DNA from: Alphaproteobacteria bacterium | Lineage (GTDB): Bacteria > Pseudomonadota > Alphaproteobacteria > Bin95 | Assembly (NCBI GenBank): GCA_963665325.3 | Contig: CAXXWS020000002.1 | Coordinates: 832,001-896,000, forward strand | DNA: 64,000 nt | Reading direction: 5' to 3' | Shown here: positions 33,356-44,308 of the stretch, piece by piece | Layout: the number at the start of each line of letters is the position of its first letter | Position numbering within the stretch: the stretch's first letter is position 1 | Translations under genes and position numbers: made by a program | The notes under the pieces: model-generated | What the model saw: the letters and a program-made list of their open reading frames with translations, nothing else | What the model was told of the DNA's origin: nothing | The model's database searches: none

Positions 33356-34359
33356 AATTCGGCGTCCTGCAATTCTTCTCCTGGCCCGGACGGCGCGCGG
33401 CGCTCACCGAAGTGTACCGGCGGGCCATGGACCGTATCTGCGTCATGGACGAGACCGGCTACGACGCCGTCTGGCTGGCGGAGCACCATTTCACGGACTA
33501 CAGCGTATGCCCGTCCGTCCACATGCTGGGCGTGCAGGTGGCGGAGCGCACCAGCCGGCTGCGGATCGGCACGGCGGTTTCGCTCGCGCCTTTCTACCAT
33601 CCGCTGCGCCTCGCCGAGGAAGTGGCGCTGCTGGACCAGCTTTCCGGCGGGCGGGTGAGCTGGGGCGCGGGCCGGGGGTTCGACCCGGACGAATTCCGCA
33701 CCTTCGGCGTGCCCATGGCCGAGAGCCGGGCGCGGTTCCAGGAGGCGGTCGAGATCGTGCTGGCCGCATGGCGGAACGAGCGGTTGGACTGGGATGGCGA
33801 ATACTGGCGGTTCGAGAATGTCGAGGTGCTGCCGAAGCCGGCCCAGCAGCCGCATCCGCCGGTATGGGCGGCCTGCGGCTCGCCCGACGCCGCCGCGTGG
33901 GCCGGCAAGGCGGGCCTGGCGCCGCTGCTCGGGCCCCACGCGACCTTCGACGGGCTGAACGGCATCAGGGACACCTGGCGGCAGGCGCGCGACGGCGCCG
34001 GCCATCCCGCGACCGACCAGGACATCCCGACGGCGCGGCTGCTTGCCGTCGCCGACAGTGACGATGAAGCGGCGGATATCGTGCGGCGCGGCGCCGCCTG
34101 GATCGTCGCGACCTACAAGAACGAGTCCAAGGGCACCGCCAATCCGACCGAACAGGTGCGCGCGGACGGCACGGTGGAGGAAATCGACCCGGTGGAGCGC
34201 TATCTCGACAATGTGGCGATCTGGGGCTCACCCGCCCGCGTTACCGACGAGCTTTGCCGCCTCAGCGAAGAGAACGACCTGCATTACCTGATGTGCGCGC
34301 CGCTAAGCCACAGCTCCTTCCTTGGATTCACTGAGAAGGTGATGCCGAAATTCCTTTAG
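33352..34359 (+). CDS. LLM-class flavin-dependent oxidoreductase (luciferase-like)
   Basis: WLAEHHF, HPLRLAEE, GAGRG, PKPAQQPHPP; GTG start overlapping upstream stop. Confidence 0.9.
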   Translation: MKFGVLQFFSWPGRRAALTEVYRRAMDRICVMDETGYDAVWLAEHHFTDYSVCPSVHMLGVQVAERTSRLRIGTAVSLAPFYHPLRLAEEVALLDQLSGGRVSWGAGRGFDPDEFRTFGVPMAESRARFQEAVEIVLAAWRNERLDWDGEYWRFENVEVLPKPAQQPHPPVWAACGSPDAAAWAGKAGLAPLLGPHATFDGLNGIRDTWRQARDGAGHPATDQDIPTARLLAVADSDDEAADIVRRGAAWIVATYKNESKGTANPTEQVRADGTVEEIDPVERYLDNVAIWGSPARVTDELCRLSEENDLHYLMCAPLSHSSFLGFTEKVMPKFL

Positions 34360-34417
34360 GCGAGGCCGCACGGACGGGGTAAACAGGGAAGCTAAAGCCA
34401 GCCCGGAGAAGATTGCC

Positions 34418-35068
34418 ATGAAGCTCTACTACGACCCGATCACCGTGAATTGCCGCAAGGTCGTCGCCGGCCTCGACCTCGTCGGCGCCGGCTACGAGGA
34501 CGAATTGCTCAGCTATTTCGGCGGCGAACACAAGAAGCCCGAGTTCCGGGCAGTCAACCCGAATGCCGAGCTGCCGGCGCTGGTGGACGGCGACCTCGTG
34601 CTGTGGGAGTCCAACGCCATTCTCGTCTATGGGGCGGAGAAGACCGGCAACAGGACGGCCTATCCGGCGGATGCGAAGACTCGCGCCGACATCGCGCGCT
34701 GGATGCTCTGGGAATGCAGCAAGTGGTTCGACGGCTGCTATGTCTATTTGGTCCAGAACGTGGTCAATCCGATCCTCGACTCGACGCCGGATCAGGCGGT
34801 GCTCGCCGAGCACGAGCCGGTGTTCCGGGGCCTCGCCTCTATTCTGGAGGCCGGGCTCGAAGGGCGCGAGTGGCTGTGCGCCGACAACCCCACCATCGCC
34901 GACATCGCCGTCGCTGCGCCTATGCACCTGCATGCCGTGCAGAAGCTGCCGCTGGACGACTATCCGAACATCCGCGGCTGGATCGCCCGGGTGGAAGGGC
35001 TGCCCTGCTGGCAGAACTCGGACCCGGTCCCGCATATCCCGGCGGAGTTGCTGGCCAAGCTCGCCTGA
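34418..35068 (+). CDS. glutathione S-transferase family protein
   Basis: NPNAELPAL, LWESNAI, TIADIA. Confidence 0.92.
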   Translation: MKLYYDPITVNCRKVVAGLDLVGAGYEDELLSYFGGEHKKPEFRAVNPNAELPALVDGDLVLWESNAILVYGAEKTGNRTAYPADAKTRADIARWMLWECSKWFDGCYVYLVQNVVNPILDSTPDQAVLAEHEPVFRGLASILEAGLEGREWLCADNPTIADIAVAAPMHLHAVQKLPLDDYPNIRGWIARVEGLPCWQNSDPVPHIPAELLAKLA

Positions 35069-35145
35069 TCGCCGAACCCGGTTCCGGCCGGGCGGCAGGC
35101 TGGGCCTCGAATGCGGTGACATCGGGCCGGGCTGCCCCGCTCCGA

Positions 35146-35174
35146 TTGACAGAGTGATGGTCGGGGACTAGGGA
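35146..35174 (+). promoter_or_regulatory. putative sigma70 promoter of sdhCDAB
   Basis: TTGACA-N17-TAGGGA about 40 nt upstream of the sdhC ATG. Confidence 0.45.
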
Positions 35175-35213
35175 GATTAGAGCCTTTCGTTGCGCGTGGG
35201 ACAGGCTTCTTCC

Positions 35214-35597
35214 ATGGCACCCGACAACCGGCCGCTGTCGCCGCATATCCAGATTTATCGCCCGCAGCTTACTTCCGTGCTCTCCATCGCCCACCGCGGC
35301 GCCGGGGTTGCGCTTGGCGTGGGAGCGGCGTTCTTCACCTTTTGGCTGCTTGCGGCCGCGTCGGGGCCGGAGGTCTTCCGGTGCGCGCAGGAGTTCTTCG
35401 GTTCCATCCTCGGCATCGTCGTGCTGGTGGGGTTTTCCTTCGCGCTGTTCTACCATCTTTGTAATGGTATCAGGCACTTGTTCTGGGACGCGGGCATAGG
35501 GCTCGAACTGGACCAGGCATACCGGTCCGGCTGGGCGGTCGTTGCGGCTGCCGTGCTGCTGACGGCGGGCGCCTTGGCCTGGGCGTTCGCGGGCTGA
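35214..35597 (+). CDS. sdhC: succinate dehydrogenase cytochrome b556 subunit
   Basis: RPLSPH, SIAHR, HLCNGIRHLFWD. Confidence 0.96.
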   Translation: MAPDNRPLSPHIQIYRPQLTSVLSIAHRGAGVALGVGAAFFTFWLLAAASGPEVFRCAQEFFGSILGIVVLVGFSFALFYHLCNGIRHLFWDAGIGLELDQAYRSGWAVVAAAVLLTAGALAWAFAG

Positions 35598-35614
35598 TCG
35601 GGGAGGCGGGACCC

Positions 35615-35995
35615 ATGGAATTCAGGACCTCCGCCAAGACCGTGCGCGGCCTCGGCTCTGCGCGGGAGGGCGCGGCCCACTGGTGGGCGCAGCGCATGAC
35701 CGCGCTAGCACTCGTGCCGCTCTGCCTCTGGTTCGTCGTCTCGGTCTGCAGGCTCGCAGGCGCGGACCACGACCGGTTCACGGAATGGCTGGCCTCGCCT
35801 TTCAACGCCATTGCGATGCTGCTGCTCATCGTCGCCGGCTTCCACCATGGCGCACTCGGCGCGCAGGTGGTGCTGGAGGACTATATCGACCATGAAGGCT
35901 GGCGAACCGCTGCAGTCGTGGCCGTCAAGGGCGTGTGCTGGGTGCTGGTCGCCGCCTGTGTCTTCGCCGTTCTCAAGATTGCTCTCGGAGGCTGA
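35615..35995 (+). CDS. sdhD: succinate dehydrogenase membrane anchor
   Basis: GLGSA..G..HWWAQR, VVLEDY. Confidence 0.95.
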   Translation: MEFRTSAKTVRGLGSAREGAAHWWAQRMTALALVPLCLWFVVSVCRLAGADHDRFTEWLASPFNAIAMLLLIVAGFHHGALGAQVVLEDYIDHEGWRTAAVVAVKGVCWVLVAACVFAVLKIALGG

Positions 35996-36004
35996 GGTCC
36001 GCAC

Positions 36005-37807
36005 ATGACCGCCAACGGTACTCCTGCATACGATGTGATCGAACACAGCTACGATGTCGTCGTTGTCGGCGGTGGCGGTTCGGGATTGCGGGCGACGCTC
36101 GGTTGCGTCCAGGCCGGCCTCAGGACCGCATGCATCACCAAGGTGTTCCCGACCCGCAGCCATACCGTCGCCGCGCAGGGCGGCATCGCCGCCAGCCTCG
36201 CGAACATGAGCGAGGACGACTGGCGCTGGCATATGTACGACACGGTGAAGGGCGCCGACTGGCTCGGCGACCAGGACGCCATCGAATATATGTGCCGCAA
36301 CGCCGTGCCGGCGGTGATTGAGCTCGAACATTTCGGCATGCCCTTTTCGCGCACGCCGGAAGGCACGATCTACCAGCGTCCCTTCGGCGGCCACATGAAG
36401 AATTATGGCGAGAGCCCGGCGCAGCGCGCCTGCGCCGCCGCCGACCGGACGGGCCATGCCCTGTTGCACACGCTCTACCAGCAAAGCCTGCGTCACTCGG
36501 CTGAGTTCTTCGTGGAATATTTCGCGCTCGACCTCGTCATGGGGCCGGAGGGCGACTGCCGGGGCGTGATCGCCTGGAACCTCGACGACGGCACGATCCA
36601 CTGCTTCCGCGCCAAGCTGGTGATCCTCGCCACAGGCGGCTACGGGCGCTCCTATTTCTCCTGCACCTCGGCCCATACCTGCACCGGGGACGGCAACGGC
36701 ATGATCGCCCGCGCCGGCCTGCCGAACCAGGACATGGAGTTCGTGCAGTTCCACCCGACGGGCATCTACGGGGCCGGCTGCCTCATCACCGAGGGCGCGC
36801 GCGGCGAAGGCGGCTACCTCACCAACTCCGAGGGCGAGCGCTTCATGGAGCGCTACGCGCCGACGGCGCGCGACCTCGCCTCGCGCGATGTCGTCTCGCG
36901 GTCCATGACCGTCGAAATCCTGGAGGGCCGCGGCGTCGGTGCGGGCTCCGACCATATCTTCCTGCATCTGGAGCATCTGGGCGGCGATGTGCTGCAGCGC
37001 CGCCTGCCGGGCATCACCGAGACGGCGCGCATCTTCGCCGGCGTCGATGCCTCCCGCGAGCCGATCCCGGTGCTGCCGACGGTGCATTACAACATGGGCG
37101 GCATCCCCACCAACTATCACGGCGAGGTGCTGAACCCCGCCCCCGGCGACCCGGACCGGGTGGTGCCGGGACTGATGGCGGTGGGCGAATGCGCGTCCGT
37201 CTCCGTGCATGGCGCGAACCGGCTCGGCTGCAACTCGCTGCTCGATCTCGTGGTGTTCGGACGCGCGGCAGGATTGCGCGCCGCCGAGACGGTGGACCAT
37301 GGCGGCGCCGTACCGCCTGCGCCGGCGGATGCGGCGGAGCGCCCACTCGCCCGGCTCGACCGACTGCGCCACGCCTCCGGCTCGGTGATGACCGGCGAAA
37401 TCCGCAGCGGCATGCAGCGCATCATGCAGAACAACGCCGCCGTGTTCCGGGACCAGAATGTGCTGGACGAGGGCTGCCGCCAGATGGACCAGTCCGCCGC
37501 CAGCCTCGCCGACATCAAGCTCTCCGACCGTTCGATGATCTGGAACTCGGACCTCGTGGAGGCGCTCGAACTCGAGAACCTGATGGTTTGTTCCATGTCC
37601 ACCATGTTCTCGGCCGAAGCGCGCAAGGAAAGCCGGGGCGCGCATGCCCGCGAGGACCTGCCGGACCGCGACGACGAGAACTGGATGGTCCACACGCTCG
37701 CGCACTGCGACGAGGACTGCAAGGTCGCGCTCTCCTACCGCCCGGTGCATGACTACACCCTGACCGGCGAGGTGGAGTACATCCCGCCCGTCGAGCGCGT
37801 TTACTAG
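36005..37807 (+). CDS. sdhA: succinate dehydrogenase flavoprotein subunit
   Basis: [29 protein letters not shown]. Confidence 0.98.
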   Translation: MTANGTPAYDVIEHSYDVVVVGGGGSGLRATLGCVQAGLRTACITKVFPTRSHTVAAQGGIAASLANMSEDDWRWHMYDTVKGADWLGDQDAIEYMCRNAVPAVIELEHFGMPFSRTPEGTIYQRPFGGHMKNYGESPAQRACAAADRTGHALLHTLYQQSLRHSAEFFVEYFALDLVMGPEGDCRGVIAWNLDDGTIHCFRAKLVILATGGYGRSYFSCTSAHTCTGDGNGMIARAGLPNQDMEFVQFHPTGIYGAGCLITEGARGEGGYLTNSEGERFMERYAPTARDLASRDVVSRSMTVEILEGRGVGAGSDHIFLHLEHLGGDVLQRRLPGITETARIFAGVDASREPIPVLPTVHYNMGGIPTNYHGEVLNPAPGDPDRVVPGLMAVGECASVSVHGANRLGCNSLLDLVVFGRAAGLRAAETVDHGGAVPPAPADAAERPLARLDRLRHASGSVMTGEIRSGMQRIMQNNAAVFRDQNVLDEGCRQMDQSAASLADIKLSDRSMIWNSDLVEALELENLMVCSMSTMFSAEARKESRGAHAREDLPDRDDENWMVHTLAHCDEDCKVALSYRPVHDYTLTGEVEYIPPVERVY

Positions 37808-37826
37808 CAAGGGAACGGCAACGCCC

Positions 37827-38603
37827 ATGGCCCAGCTCGCCCTGCCGAAGAACTCCAGGATCGGCTCCGGCAAGACCTGGCCTGCGCCCGCCGGCGCCGG
37901 CAGGACGCGGCGCTTCAAGGTCTATCGCTGGTCTCCGGACGACGACGACAACCCGCGTGTCGACAGCTACGATGTCGATATGGACGAGTGCGGGCCGATG
38001 GTCCTGGACGCGCTCATCAAGATCAAGAACGAGACCGACTCGACGCTGACCTTCCGCCGGTCCTGCCGCGAAGGTATCTGCGGGTCTTGCGCGATGAATA
38101 TCGACGGGACCAATACACTCGCCTGCACTCAGGCCATCGACGATATCCGAGGCGATGTGAAGATCTACCCGCTGCCGCATCTCCGGGTGGTGAAGGATCT
38201 GGTGCCGGACCTGAACGAGGCCTATGCGCAGCTTGCTTCCGTCGAGCCCTGGCTCAAGACGGTCAGCGCCCCGCCGGAGCGCGAGCGCCTCCAGTCCGAG
38301 GAGGACCGGGCAAGGCTCGACGGGCTCTGGGAATGCATCCTCTGCTTCTGTTGCGCCACAAGCTGCCCGAGCTACTGGTGGAACGGCGAGCGCTATCTGG
38401 GGCCGGCAGTGCTGCTCCAGGCCTATCGCTGGATCGCGGACAGCCGCGACGAGATGACCGGCGAGCGGCTGGACGACCTGCAGGACCCGTTCAAGCTCTA
38501 TCGCTGCCACACGATCATGAACTGCACCAAGACGTGCCCCAAGGGCCTCAATCCGGCCAAGGCGATCGCCGAGATCAAGAAGCTCATGGTGGCGCGGCGC
38601 TGA
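37827..38603 (+). CDS. sdhB: succinate dehydrogenase iron-sulfur subunit
   Basis: [27 protein letters not shown]. Confidence 0.98.
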   Translation: MAQLALPKNSRIGSGKTWPAPAGAGRTRRFKVYRWSPDDDDNPRVDSYDVDMDECGPMVLDALIKIKNETDSTLTFRRSCREGICGSCAMNIDGTNTLACTQAIDDIRGDVKIYPLPHLRVVKDLVPDLNEAYAQLASVEPWLKTVSAPPERERLQSEEDRARLDGLWECILCFCCATSCPSYWWNGERYLGPAVLLQAYRWIADSRDEMTGERLDDLQDPFKLYRCHTIMNCTKTCPKGLNPAKAIAEIKKLMVARR

Positions 38604-38631
38604 CAGCTCAGCGGGACTGGGCGCCGCGGTA

Positions 38632-40482
38632 ATGGACGGCGATATCGGTCCAATCCTGGCCTTCGGGGCCATAGCGGTGGCGCTGGCGCTCTATGCGACG
38701 CCGAGAATGCCGCTGGAATACTCCTCGCTGTTTGTGGTGTGCCTGCTGCTGCTGGCGTTCCACATCTTCCCGGAAACGGGACCGAAAGGCGGTAATCTGC
38801 TCGGTCCGGGCGCCCTGCTCGCGGGGTTCGCCAATCCGGCGCTGATCGCTCTTCTCGGTCTGATCGTGATGGGGCAGGGGCTGGCGCAGACGGGCGCGCT
38901 CGACCACGGCGCGCGAGCGTTGCTGCGGATTGCGGGCGGGCGCACGGAAGTGGCGCTCATTGTATCTCTGCTGGCGGTGCTGCTCATCAGCGGCGTGCTC
39001 AACAACACGCCGGTCGTGGTGATCTTCATACCGATCCTGCAGGCATTCGCCAGCCGGGGCGGCACGCCGCCGAGCCGTTCCATGATGATCCTGAGCTATG
39101 CCTCGATCCTGGGAGGCATGACGACCCTGATCGGCTCCAGCACGAACCTGCTGGTCTCCGGGATGCTGACCGACCTCGGGCAACCGGGTTTCGGGTTCTT
39201 CGATTTCACTCTTCCCGGTCTGGCAGTAGCACTGCCGGGTCTCCTCTTTGCGCTTCTGGTCGTTCGCCGGCTGCTGCCGGAGCGTAGTGCGGCGGGAAGC
39301 AGCGGCATTGCAACCGGCCGCCAGTTCCTTGCGCAGATCGACATCGTCCAGGGGCGGCCGCTCGACGGGCTGAGGCCAGCCGGCGGGTTCTTCCCCGACC
39401 TTGCAGATGTGACGGTCCACGCCATCCGGCGCGGCGAGTCGCGTCTGCTGCCGCCGTATGGCGAGGAGGCCGTGCTCCGGCCGGGCGATATCGTGATCGT
39501 GAGCGCCACGCGACAGGCGCTGACCGATGCCGTCCGGGGCGAGATGGACCTGCTGCATCCCTCGCTCGGCGACAGCTGGGCGGCGCGCGAGGACGAAACC
39601 CACGGCAGGCCGCCCTGGCTGCGCGGGCGCCAGCTTCTGGGCGAGGTGCTGGTAACGCCGGGCTCGGAGCTGATCGGCCGCACGCTGGAGCAGATCGGCT
39701 TCCGCTACCGGTACAACTGCGTGGTCGTCGGTGTGCAGCGGCGCGCAGCGCGCCGGCACGGCCCGATCACCGACCTGCCGCTCGCCGCCGGCGACGTGCT
39801 GCTGGTGCAGGGTACGGCCGAAGCGAAGGCGGCGCTGCGCGGCCGGCCCGGCATCCTGCCGATCGAATGGTCTGCAAGCGAGGTGCCGTCGGCCCCGGAG
39901 GCCCGGCGCGCGCTCGCGATTTTCGCGGTCGTGGTGGGGCTGGCGGCGCTCGACATCCTGCCTATCGTGATCGGCGCGATGGCCGGAGCGGCCGCCATGC
40001 TGGCAACGGGCGTGATGACGTTGCGCCAGGCCGGGCGCGCCATCGGCGCCGACCTCGTGCTGACCATCGCCGCCGCACTCGCGCTCGGCAAGGCGCTGCA
40101 GGAAACGGGCGGGGCGGCGATTCTGTCCGATCTGCTGGCGAGCGCGCTGTTGGGCGCCCCGGTACCGGTGGTGCTGTCCGCCTTCTTCCTTCTGGTTGCG
40201 GGGCTCGCGAACCTTGTCGGTACGAAGGCCGTGGCGGTGCTGTTTACGCCTATTGCCGTTTCGCTCGCCCAAGGCCTCGGCGCGCCGGTGGAGCCCTTCG
40301 CGGTGGCCGTCGTCTTCGCTGCCAACTGCGCCTTCGCAACGCCAATGGGCTACCAGACCAACCTGCTGGTCATGGGCCCGGCCGGATACCGCTTCCAGGA
40401 CTATGTGCGCGCCGGCCTGCCGATGCTGCTCTTCGTCTGGGTGACGGCGAGCCTGGTGCTCCCGTTCTACTACGGCCTGTAG
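38632..40482 (+). CDS. SLC13-family permease with TrkA-C domains
   Basis: NNTPVV, TLIGSSTNLL, TPMGYQTN and two internal soluble TrkA-C-like repeats. Confidence 0.88.
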   Translation: MDGDIGPILAFGAIAVALALYATPRMPLEYSSLFVVCLLLLAFHIFPETGPKGGNLLGPGALLAGFANPALIALLGLIVMGQGLAQTGALDHGARALLRIAGGRTEVALIVSLLAVLLISGVLNNTPVVVIFIPILQAFASRGGTPPSRSMMILSYASILGGMTTLIGSSTNLLVSGMLTDLGQPGFGFFDFTLPGLAVALPGLLFALLVVRRLLPERSAAGSSGIATGRQFLAQIDIVQGRPLDGLRPAGGFFPDLADVTVHAIRRGESRLLPPYGEEAVLRPGDIVIVSATRQALTDAVRGEMDLLHPSLGDSWAAREDETHGRPPWLRGRQLLGEVLVTPGSELIGRTLEQIGFRYRYNCVVVGVQRRAARRHGPITDLPLAAGDVLLVQGTAEAKAALRGRPGILPIEWSASEVPSAPEARRALAIFAVVVGLAALDILPIVIGAMAGAAAMLATGVMTLRQAGRAIGADLVLTIAAALALGKALQETGGAAILSDLLASALLGAPVPVVLSAFFLLVAGLANLVGTKAVAVLFTPIAVSLAQGLGAPVEPFAVAVVFAANCAFATPMGYQTNLLVMGPAGYRFQDYVRAGLPMLLFVWVTASLVLPFYYGL

Positions 40483-40491
40483 CGGACTCGC

Positions 40492-41388
40492 TCAGCCGTC
40501 TCCCGGCACTGTGCCGGAAGGCAGGCTCTCGACATGGCGGCAGATCTCGCCGGGTCGGGTGAGCCAGATGCGGTTCCGGTGCCGCGCAATATGCTCGAAG
40601 ACGCGGCGCAGCGCGCGCATGCGGTAGGGCCGGCCGACGACGAAGGGATGCAGCGAAATCGGGAAGACCAGCGGCATGGCGGTGGACTGGTCGAGCATCT
40701 CGTCGAAACAGTCGATCAGCATGCTGGCATAGTCATCCGAGGAGTATCGGAACCAGACAAGCGCGCGATTGTCGTTTGTCTCGATGGGGTAGGGCATGGA
40801 GAGGATGCGGCCGCCGGAGCGGGTGCGCATCCAGACGGGCTGATCGTCATGCGTCCAGTCCATCACATAGCGGTAGCCGGCTTCCTGCAGCAGGTCGAGC
40901 GTCACCGGGCTGTTCGAGAGCCAGGGGCTCATCCAGCCGGTCGGCGGCGCGCCTTCGTTCTCGACGATGGCGCGCGTCACCTCCTCGATATGCGCGCGCT
41001 CTTCGTCTTCCGGCAGCCCGCCCTGCTCCTCGGAGTTGGTCACGCCGTGGCCCAGGATCTCGTCGCCGCGCGCCCGCAGCCGCTCTGCGATATCCGGGCA
41101 GTGCTCGTAGACGGCGGTATTCACCTGCGCCTGGCAGGGAATGTCGAGCGCGTCGAACATCTCGAACAGCCGCCAGATGCCGACGCGGTTGCCGTAGTCG
41201 CGCCAGGAATAGACCGACGCGCTGACCGCCTGGTCCGGCGGCGCGACGCCCGCGCCCTTGCCGCGCCCCCAGGCGAATACCTCGACATTGAGCGCGACAT
41301 AGACGGCGAGCCGGTTTCCATCGGGCCAGTCATAGACGGGGCGCGAGACGATGCTCGAATAGTCGTAGCGTCCGTGAGTCTCCAGCAT
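40492..41388 (-). CDS. polysaccharide deacetylase / PuuE-like protein
   Basis: SWRDYGNRVG, HG metal motif, DDQP, LHPFVVGRP. Confidence 0.85.
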   Translation of the reverse strand: MLETHGRYDYSSIVSRPVYDWPDGNRLAVYVALNVEVFAWGRGKGAGVAPPDQAVSASVYSWRDYGNRVGIWRLFEMFDALDIPCQAQVNTAVYEHCPDIAERLRARGDEILGHGVTNSEEQGGLPEDEERAHIEEVTRAIVENEGAPPTGWMSPWLSNSPVTLDLLQEAGYRYVMDWTHDDQPVWMRTRSGGRILSMPYPIETNDNRALVWFRYSSDDYASMLIDCFDEMLDQSTAMPLVFPISLHPFVVGRPYRMRALRRVFEHIARHRNRIWLTRPGEICRHVESLPSGTVPGDG

Positions 41389-41392
41389 GGGC

Positions 41393-42160
41393 CTACTCCG
41401 CCAGGAATTCCGCGAGCCGTGTATTGTATTCGTCCGGCTTCTCGGCATAGGCGGCATGGCCGGCGCCCTCGAAGCAGGTCATCCGGACATCCGCCAGCAA
41501 GGCGGCGATCTCCTCGCCGCGCTCCGGCGGGGCGATGCCGTCCTGATTGCCGCAAAGCACGAGCGCCGGAATGTCGAGCGCCGTGAGGATGTCGCGGTTG
41601 TCCGTGCCGTTCAGCACGGAGACGCCGCCGGCGAACGCTTCCCGGGTGACTTCGCCCGCAATCACCGCAAGCCGCGCGAGAACTTCGGGCCGGGCCCCCG
41701 GCGCTGCCATGGTCGCGGCGCGCGTCCGGCCGCGTTCCTCCGGCGTGAGCGTGTCGAATTCGCGCTGCCGCTCCTCGAACCCAAGCGCACCAACGAAGCC
41801 GGCCCGCGTACCGGACAGGACGATCTTGTCGATGCGGCCGGCATGGCGGGCAGCGACGCGCGGCGCGATGATCCCGCCCATGGAATGACCGAGCAGGACA
41901 GCTGTCCCGATGCCGAGCCGGTCCAGCAGGCCCGCCGCCTCATCGGCCCAGCAGTCGGCTGTCTGTTCCGGCGCCGGGTCGGAGCCGCCGAAGCCGGGCG
42001 CGTCCCAGCCGATCACACGGCGGCTGCCGGCGAAGGCGCGATATTGCTCTTCCCAGGTCTTGGAGCTGCCGCCGATGCCGTGCATCAGCAGCAGGGCCGG
42101 GCCCTCGCCGACCTCGCGATAGGCAATCGGACCGGACCGGCTAAGTTCGGGCAGGGTCAT
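41393..42160 (-). CDS. alpha/beta hydrolase
   Basis: HGIGG, GHSMGG nucleophile elbow, GH. Confidence 0.9.
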   Translation of the reverse strand: MTLPELSRSGPIAYREVGEGPALLLMHGIGGSSKTWEEQYRAFAGSRRVIGWDAPGFGGSDPAPEQTADCWADEAAGLLDRLGIGTAVLLGHSMGGIIAPRVAARHAGRIDKIVLSGTRAGFVGALGFEERQREFDTLTPEERGRTRAATMAAPGARPEVLARLAVIAGEVTREAFAGGVSVLNGTDNRDILTALDIPALVLCGNQDGIAPPERGEEIAALLADVRMTCFEGAGHAAYAEKPDEYNTRLAEFLAE

Positions 42161-42214
42161 GGCGAGGTTCCTCTCATCGACGCCCGGGCATGGTGGCGAT
42201 CCGGACTACGGCAA

Positions 42215-43066
42215 TCAAGGCCGGCCCGGCCGTGTCGTCAGGATGGCGGCGGCGACGACCATGACGCCGCCGGAGACGATCCAGATGTCGGGCAGGTCGT
42301 TCCAGAGCCACCAGCCGAAGCCGACCGCCCAGACAAGGCTGAGATAGCGCAGCGGCGACACGAGCGAGGCCGGGGCGAGGCGGAAGGATGCAATGATGAG
42401 ATACTGCGCGATGCCCGCCATGATCCCGGCGGCGCCGAACAGCAGCCAGTCGAACCAGTCGGGCCAGTGGGCCTGCCAGAACAGCGTGAGGCCCCCGCCG
42501 ACAAGCGTCAGCACCTGGCTGTAGAAAAAGATCGTGGTGGAGGCCTCCATCGGGCCGAGCTTGCGTGTGATGACATCGCGGCCCGCCGAGATGAGGGCGG
42601 CGGTGATGGGCACGATAACCGCCCATTGGAACGCCGAAGTGCCGGGGCGCATCATCACCAGCACGCCGACGAAGCCGATAATCACGGCCGCCCATCCGTT
42701 CCGGCTGACCCGCTCGCGCAGCAGGATCGCGGACAAGATCGTCAGTATGACCGGGCTCACAAAGACGACCGCCATGGCGTCCGCCAGCGGCAGCACCGCC
42801 CAGGACATGACGATGACAAGGCTGCACAGAACCGCCAACACGCCGCGCAGCAGGGTCAGCTTCGGCGCGCGAGGCACGACGAGGCGCCAGCCCCCGTCGC
42901 GGCGCATCAGCCAGGCGACGACCGCCATGCCCGAAATCGTACGGTAGAACAGGATTTCGCCCGAGTGGTAGTCGGCGGTCAGCCATTTGGCGATGGCGTC
43001 CTGCGCCGTCAGGATGATGGTGCTGAGCACCATGTACAGCGCGCCCAGCCGCGCATCCCTGTCCAC
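42215..43066 (-). CDS. DMT/EamA family transporter
   Basis: Multi-TM protein, GFVGVLVMMRPG; GTG start approximate. Confidence 0.85.
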   Translation of the reverse strand: MDRDARLGALYMVLSTIILTAQDAIAKWLTADYHSGEILFYRTISGMAVVAWLMRRDGGWRLVVPRAPKLTLLRGVLAVLCSLVIVMSWAVLPLADAMAVVFVSPVILTILSAILLRERVSRNGWAAVIIGFVGVLVMMRPGTSAFQWAVIVPITAALISAGRDVITRKLGPMEASTTIFFYSQVLTLVGGGLTLFWQAHWPDWFDWLLFGAAGIMAGIAQYLIIASFRLAPASLVSPLRYLSLVWAVGFGWWLWNDLPDIWIVSGGVMVVAAAILTTRPGRP

Positions 43067-43108
43067 TTGCCGCTTGTTCCCGTCACCCGACAGCTTAGAG
43101 TAGTCCTC

Positions 43109-43959
43109 ATGGAAGCATTCGTCTCTACGGAATGGCTGGCGGCGCGCCTGGGCGATCCGGCGCTCCGCATCCTCGACGCAACCGTCCACCTGCATCCGAT
43201 GCCGGGCGGCAACATGCGGGCCGAAAGCGGGCGCGAAGACTATCTCGCGGGCCATATTCCGGGCGCGGCGTTCGCCGACCTCATCGACGATCTCTCCGAC
43301 CCGGATAGCAGGTTCCGTTTCACCCTGCCGGATGCGGCGCGCTTCGGCGCGGCGATGGGCGCCCTCGGCGTCTCCAGCGACAGCGCCGTGGTGGTCTATT
43401 CCGGCGGGACGCCGCACTGGGCGCCAGGCTCTGGTGGATGCTCAAGGCGTTCGGACACGACCGGGCGGCGGTGCTGGACGGCGGCTGGGGCAAGTGGACC
43501 GCCGAGGGGCGGCCGACCGCTGCCGGAAACGAAACGCCCGCACCTGCGCTGTTCGCGGCGGAGCGCCGGCCGGGCTATTTCGTGGGGCGGAGCGAGGTTG
43601 AGGCGGCGCTTGCCGATCCGGGCGCGGTGGTGCTCAATTCGCTGACGGCGGAGCAGCACGCGGGCGGCGGACAGCATTATGGAAGGCCGGGGCGCATCGC
43701 AGGGTCGGTGGTCGTGCCGAGCCGCGACCTCGTCGATCCGGCGACGGGCGCGATGCTGCCGATGTCCGCAGTCCGGCAGAAGTTCGACAATGTCGGCGCA
43801 TTGGAAGCCGAGCGCGTGGTGACCTATTGCGGCGGCGGCATCGCCGCCAGCCTCGGCGCAATGGCGCTCCACCTGCTGGGGCAGGAAAATGTCGCCGTCT
43901 ATGACGATTCGCTCCAGGCCTGGGCGCGCGACCCGTCCCTGCCGATGGAGACCGGGTGA
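43109..43959 (+). pseudogene. two-domain rhodanese/3-mercaptopyruvate sulfurtransferase (SseA-like) with a 1-nt frameshift
   Basis: MEAFVSTEWL..GHIPGA in one frame; RLWWMLKAFGH..VLDGG..GRIAGS..YCGGGIAA..YDDS in another; one base missing near 43423. Confidence 0.8.
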
Positions 43960-44156
43960 GCGCCAACCGCCACGAGACGGGCCAGCCGACCACGGCGAGG
44001 GCCGACATGGCGGCCTATGACGCCCTGCCGCCGAGCCTGCGGGCAGCCCTGACCGAAACGCCGGAGAACCTGTCCGCCGAGGCCGTTCTGACTGCCATGG
44101 CGGAGGACGGCCTGGCCGAAGCGGATGCGCTGGCTGTGCTGGTGGCCCGGCAATGA
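43956..44156 (+). CDS. small hypothetical protein
   Basis: GTGA overlap with upstream stop, GC-typical codons, MAAYDALPPSLR motif (reminiscent of DUF6525). Confidence 0.5.
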   Translation: MSANRHETGQPTTARADMAAYDALPPSLRAALTETPENLSAEAVLTAMAEDGLAEADALAVLVARQ

Positions 44157-44308
44157 TGCAGCCGCTCCTCATGGGGTTCGAAGCGGCGGTCTCGGTCTGA
44201 ACGACCCGTGCAGGCCACGAGCGGCAGGCGGGAATGCGCTTCCGCGACTGGCCGCAATGCCGGGAAAGGCCGTTGCTGCCCTCGGGGAAACTCGCAACAG
44301 GCTCGCCC
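44153..44308 (+). pseudogene. decayed 5' fragment of an FGE-sulfatase-domain gene
   Basis: AAVSV*TTRAGHERQAGMRFRDWPQCRERPLLPSGKLATGSP aligns to [40 protein letters not shown] of the gene at 44561. Confidence 0.7.

Noticed and set aside
44153-44308. DGR template repeat
   Set aside because: It matches the N-terminus rather than the C-terminal variable region, and mismatches are not confined to adenines.
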